A stretch of 41,017 bases of DNA from Candidatus Heimdallarchaeota archaeon. Lineage in GTDB: Archaea; Asgardarchaeota; Heimdallarchaeia; Heimdallarchaeales; Heimdallarchaeaceae. Position numbers and translations under genes: made by a program. The DNA lies in assembly GCA_021399395.1 (NCBI GenBank), contig JAAFKJ010000162.1, positions 1 through 41,017 on the forward strand. Reading direction: 5' to 3'. Each line of letters starts with the position of its first letter. Within the stretch, counting starts at the first letter, position 1. Positions 37,625-41,017 of the stretch are shown in pieces. The notes beneath the pieces are model-generated. The model had not been told where the DNA came from. It saw only the letters and a program-made list of their open reading frames with translations, and did no database searches.

Positions 37625-38101
37625 TTACTTCTCGTTTTGATATGTTCCTGAATAGCCTTCATCTAGCTTTTCTTGTGTCTTAATAAATACAATTTGAGCA
37701 ATCCTAGCTCCCTCAAATACTGTAATCTTGGCATTGACTATTAAAAGACCAATCCCTCTTCCTTTATATCCTGGATCCCAGACTGCAGAACAGAGCATAG
37801 CTCCAATTCTCATCAAACTTGATCTAGGGAGAACTATACCAATTGCGTTTAATGGAACTTCTACTATTTCATTATATCTGACTAAATATCCACCTGGTTC
37901 AAGAATCCACTTTTTGTTTTGCGGTTCCAGAATTTTATGTTCGGGAATGAATCTTTCGGAATTATCAAAGTCAATAATTCCTCCATCTTCTAGAATCATA
38001 ATATCTTTAGCTGTTAAATCAAAACCAGCAATCTGTGTCTGTGTATCCGCATCTAGGTATTCTTTAATTATATTATCTTTAAATGGAGGTAGCATAGCCA
38101 T
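37625..38101 (-). CDS. dut: Trimeric dUTPase (dUTPase/dCTP deaminase family)
   Basis: GFDL, PRSSLMR, VWDPGYKG, RIAQ and YSGTYQ motifs. Confidence 0.85.
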   Translation of the reverse strand: MAMLPPFKDNIIKEYLDADTQTQIAGFDLTAKDIMILEDGGIIDFDNSERFIPEHKILEPQNKKWILEPGGYLVRYNEIVEVPLNAIGIVLPRSSLMRIGAMLCSAVWDPGYKGRGIGLLIVNAKITVFEGARIAQIVFIKTQEKLDEGYSGTYQNEK

Positions 38102-38136
38102 ATCTATAAAATATCGAAACCACTTTTAACTTTTTA

Positions 38137-39048
38137 CTAATCTTGTTGAAACATTCTTGCGACAAGTTTTTTACGACAGTTTGGGCATTGTGGTTTAACT
38201 TTTATCCATTCAACAATGTGTGCATAATGAGAAGGAATTTCACAGAAAGGACATCTAACAAAACTTTCTCCTGCTTTAATCGGAGACATACAAACACTAC
38301 ATCTGTCATCTAATTCAGCAGTAGCTGATTTCAGCCTTTGTTTCTTAGGCAACTTAGATACCTTCTCTTTGATTACTACAGGTTTAACCTCTTCCTTCTT
38401 CTCTACAGTTTTTTCTTGCTGTTCAATTGTTTCAGCAGCAATTTCCTCTAGTTCTTCCAAAGTTTTTTCTTCTTCTAGTTCTAAAGATTGATCTATAGCA
38501 GCGACTTCAACTACACCTAGTGGAGCGATGTCTTCCACTGATTTTCCTATTGTTGCTAAAACAGCATCAGCTTCTTCCTCGAGACCTTTTTCATAAAGTA
38601 TGTATGCAGAAATTTCTGTTTCTCCACTATCATAGAAGTATCTTGATAGGTTTCGAACCATCTCTTCTTCTCTTTCTGGCGCATATCTAGATATAATTTG
38701 AATTGAATCAGTAACAAATTCTCTTCCTTTTGCAGCTACAGATTTTGCTGCACCAAATACTCTCCCTGTTTTTAGATATTCTTCTTTTGCTCTATCGAAC
38801 ATTCCTGCTCGGAAGTATTCATCTGCACTTGCATATGCGGCACGAGAATCTGAATTTGGGCTTGTTGTATAAGCGGATCTATCATTAGGTGGACTGGATC
38901 TAGGCGTTTGTGTTTGAGTTACTGGTTGGTATGGCTTGTATCTTCTTTTCGGAGTATCCTTCTTTTTCTTGTTTCTTGCTACAGCTCTTGCTATCACTAT
39001 CACGGAAATTGAAAGAAAAACTAAGAAAATAAGTAATCCGTAATCCAT
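38137..39048 (-). CDS. Single-pass membrane protein with helical-repeat middle and C-terminal RING finger
   Basis: N-terminal TM; CSVC-x12-CPFC-x4-HYAH-x3-W-x6-CPNC at the C-terminus. Confidence 0.8.
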   Translation of the reverse strand: MDYGLLIFLVFLSISVIVIARAVARNKKKKDTPKRRYKPYQPVTQTQTPRSSPPNDRSAYTTSPNSDSRAAYASADEYFRAGMFDRAKEEYLKTGRVFGAAKSVAAKGREFVTDSIQIISRYAPEREEEMVRNLSRYFYDSGETEISAYILYEKGLEEEADAVLATIGKSVEDIAPLGVVEVAAIDQSLELEEEKTLEELEEIAAETIEQQEKTVEKKEEVKPVVIKEKVSKLPKKQRLKSATAELDDRCSVCMSPIKAGESFVRCPFCEIPSHYAHIVEWIKVKPQCPNCRKKLVARMFQQD

Positions 39049-39054
39049 GATTTA

Positions 39055-40773
39055 TCATCCGTGTATATAATTCATCTTAATTTGGTTGTTAATTTTATTA
39101 ACTTTTGTATATCCAAACCTCTCAAGTTGAACAATTTCTCCGATATTTAAATCAGTTAGATTGTTTTCGCCTAAACCTTGAATATACTTCATGCTATCTT
39201 TGTTTATACGCTTATTTAAATATAACATTTCTGGCTTGATGATTTCAACTTCTACAGGTTCTGAAACCCATTGCAGCTTTGGAAAATTTGGGTTTACTTC
39301 TTCACCTATTATTGTTGCAACTAATTCTTTCTCAGATTTTTTCTCTTGAATTTGAATATTGAATAAATCTTTCAGTCTGACTACTGAATTAATATCAAGA
39401 TGCTCTTGATCTGTTCCACTAAGATAAATAATGTCATTAACATTGATTTTTCTTGACCCTAGTTCTTTATTATGGGGGTGTAAATCAATTTCAACAGTCT
39501 TCTTCTTAGGATTCGAAATTGAAATCTTTATAGGGTTTTCAACAAAATAATAATGTTTCACTTTAGGTTCTATGATTTTTCTATTTATTGAAAAAATCAA
39601 AGAAAAATCTATATTGGTTGAAGATTTTGTTGCACCTACTCGTCTTATTATTTCTGAAAATACTTGTGGCTGAATCCCTCTTCTTTTCAGAGCTTGATAA
39701 GTAACTAGACGATAGTCGTCCCATCCTGTAACAATTTTCTCTTCTACTAATTCTCTGATAACTCTACCTTGTGTAGGCGCACCAATGATATTGTATCTTT
39801 GGTATTCCATAAATTCTGGAACATTGAGTTTTAATCTCTTTGCAATAGTTTTTTGTAACTCTTCCCTCATCTTTCCAAATTCCATGCTTCTTAGAATATG
39901 AGTAACCTTAGTTAGATCTTCCATAATTGGTGATTCAAAATCATACATGGGCCACAAAATGTATTTATCTCCTTGAATACAATGTGTATGATTTGATAAT
40001 CGTAAAAGCACGGGATCTCTCATTACAGAATTGGGCGATTTCATATCTCCTCTTAATCTTACTACCGCTTCTCCTGGTGCATATTTACCCTCAAGTATCT
40101 CTTCGAAAAGTTGAAGATTAAATTCTACAGTGTTTTCTAGATTGCACTTGCATGCTTTCTGTTCATTTCGTAGTTGTGTGAATAAATCTCTCTCACAGCG
40201 ACAGATAAAAGCATCATTCTTCAGAATAAGTTCTTTTGCTTTTTCATAATAAAGTTTCATGTGATCGGATGCCAGTACTTCTTCGTCGACTTGCAGATCC
40301 AACCAAGCTAATACTTCTCTAAAGCTGTCATAAAATTCTGATTGAACCTTTTCAGGATTAGTATCATCAAAACGTAAGACTGTTTTACCTTCAAATCTCT
40401 CTGCTATTAGATGGTTTATGCAGAACGATAACATCTGACCGATATGAGGGTGTTTAGAAGGTTCTGGAGGATAACGTACTTTTACCTTCCCATGTGTTGC
40501 ATTTACTATTTCAGGTAGATAGTCTCTTTCTTTTGTTTCTTCCACTATACTTTCTGGATATTTTTCTTCTACTATCTTCTCGATATCCTCTCTTGGTAGA
40601 TTATTGACTTCCTCAACAATCCTTTTCAAAATCTGCTGGATTTCTTTTGCTTTACTCCTAAGTTCTGGGTAGCCTGACATAATTTTCTTCATAACAATAT
40701 TAACATCAGCTGAACCATATTTGTAAGCATTAACCATGGTTTCTTTGTAGACTATGTCCTCAGAATCAGTCAT
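39055..40773 (-). CDS. gltX: Glutamyl-tRNA synthetase (archaeal/eukaryotic type)
   Basis: RYPPEPSKHPHIGQ, LRFDDTNP, MRDPV, WDDYRLVT..LKRRG and QLERFGY motifs. ATG at 40773 is preferred. Confidence 0.93.
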   Translation of the reverse strand: MTDSEDIVYKETMVNAYKYGSADVNIVMKKIMSGYPELRSKAKEIQQILKRIVEEVNNLPREDIEKIVEEKYPESIVEETKERDYLPEIVNATHGKVKVRYPPEPSKHPHIGQMLSFCINHLIAERFEGKTVLRFDDTNPEKVQSEFYDSFREVLAWLDLQVDEEVLASDHMKLYYEKAKELILKNDAFICRCERDLFTQLRNEQKACKCNLENTVEFNLQLFEEILEGKYAPGEAVVRLRGDMKSPNSVMRDPVLLRLSNHTHCIQGDKYILWPMYDFESPIMEDLTKVTHILRSMEFGKMREELQKTIAKRLKLNVPEFMEYQRYNIIGAPTQGRVIRELVEEKIVTGWDDYRLVTYQALKRRGIQPQVFSEIIRRVGATKSSTNIDFSLIFSINRKIIEPKVKHYYFVENPIKISISNPKKKTVEIDLHPHNKELGSRKINVNDIIYLSGTDQEHLDINSVVRLKDLFNIQIQEKKSEKELVATIIGEEVNPNFPKLQWVSEPVEVEIIKPEMLYLNKRINKDSMKYIQGLGENNLTDLNIGEIVQLERFGYTKVNKINNQIKMNYIHG

Positions 40774-40948
40774 ATTAAATTCCACTGTATTTTTCAATTT
40801 AAATACATGTTTATCTCTAATAAAACCTACCGTAAACTACTGAGGATTAAAGTCTTATCCAATCTTGCCAGAAGCGCTTTGGCGAATATACAATACTATT
40901 TGGGGAGAACATGTGCACCTTCTTCTTAAACAAACATTTTTCTACGAG

Positions 40949-40956
40949 TTTAAATA
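40949..40956 (+). promoter_or_regulatory. Putative archaeal TATA box (TTTAAATA) for a transcript running off the window end
   Basis: TTTAAATA lies ~25 nt upstream of a purine-rich segment; an ATG at 41005 opens MVRR... at the window edge. Confidence 0.4.
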
Positions 40957-41017
40957 TGAAAGTAAGGATATATAGGTAGTGCTAGGTGAATACTCACCTT
41001 TCCTATGGTTCGCAGGT

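Noticed and set aside
40865-40885. GC-rich imperfect inverted repeat TTGCCAGA...TTTGGCGA as a tRNA or ncRNA
   Set aside because: Too short, with no cloverleaf or T-loop consensus; could be a chance hairpin or an operator.
1-41017. CRISPR arrays, IS elements, integrases, rRNA/tRNA genes
   Set aside because: No direct-repeat arrays, transposase or integrase motifs, or GC-rich structural RNA blocks were seen; intergenic gaps are short and AT-rich.

Overview
Low-GC, gene-dense archaeal chromosomal segment. It is most likely from an Asgard archaeon; this is inferred from a Rab-like GTPase, a RING-finger protein, a Rad51-type GEFRTGKT Walker A in RadA and a CD36-like protein alongside archaeal Alba, DGGGP synthase, GluRS and Topo VI. 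No rRNA, tRNA, CRISPR array or mobile element was recognised. The standout is an unusual type IIB topoisomerase locus (13448-27426). Top6B is 4190 aa: an intact GHKL/transducer core is followed by ~3500 aa of diverged tandem HhH/RadA-NTD-like repeats and a Lys/Ser-rich tail with a PIP-box-like motif. It overlaps a Top6A/Spo11 gene that carries an apparent N-terminal ubiquitin-like domain. Other notable items: (1) a tubulin/FtsZ/CetZ-family GTPase coupled to a membrane protein, with a degenerate paralog ~6 kb away; (2) a CD36/LIMP-2-like two-TM protein with an LVIVD-repeat insertion; (3) a CPBP protease - Rab-like GTPase - HEAT-repeat operon; (4) a membrane-anchored RING protein. All calls come from motif recognition by eye; no searches were run.
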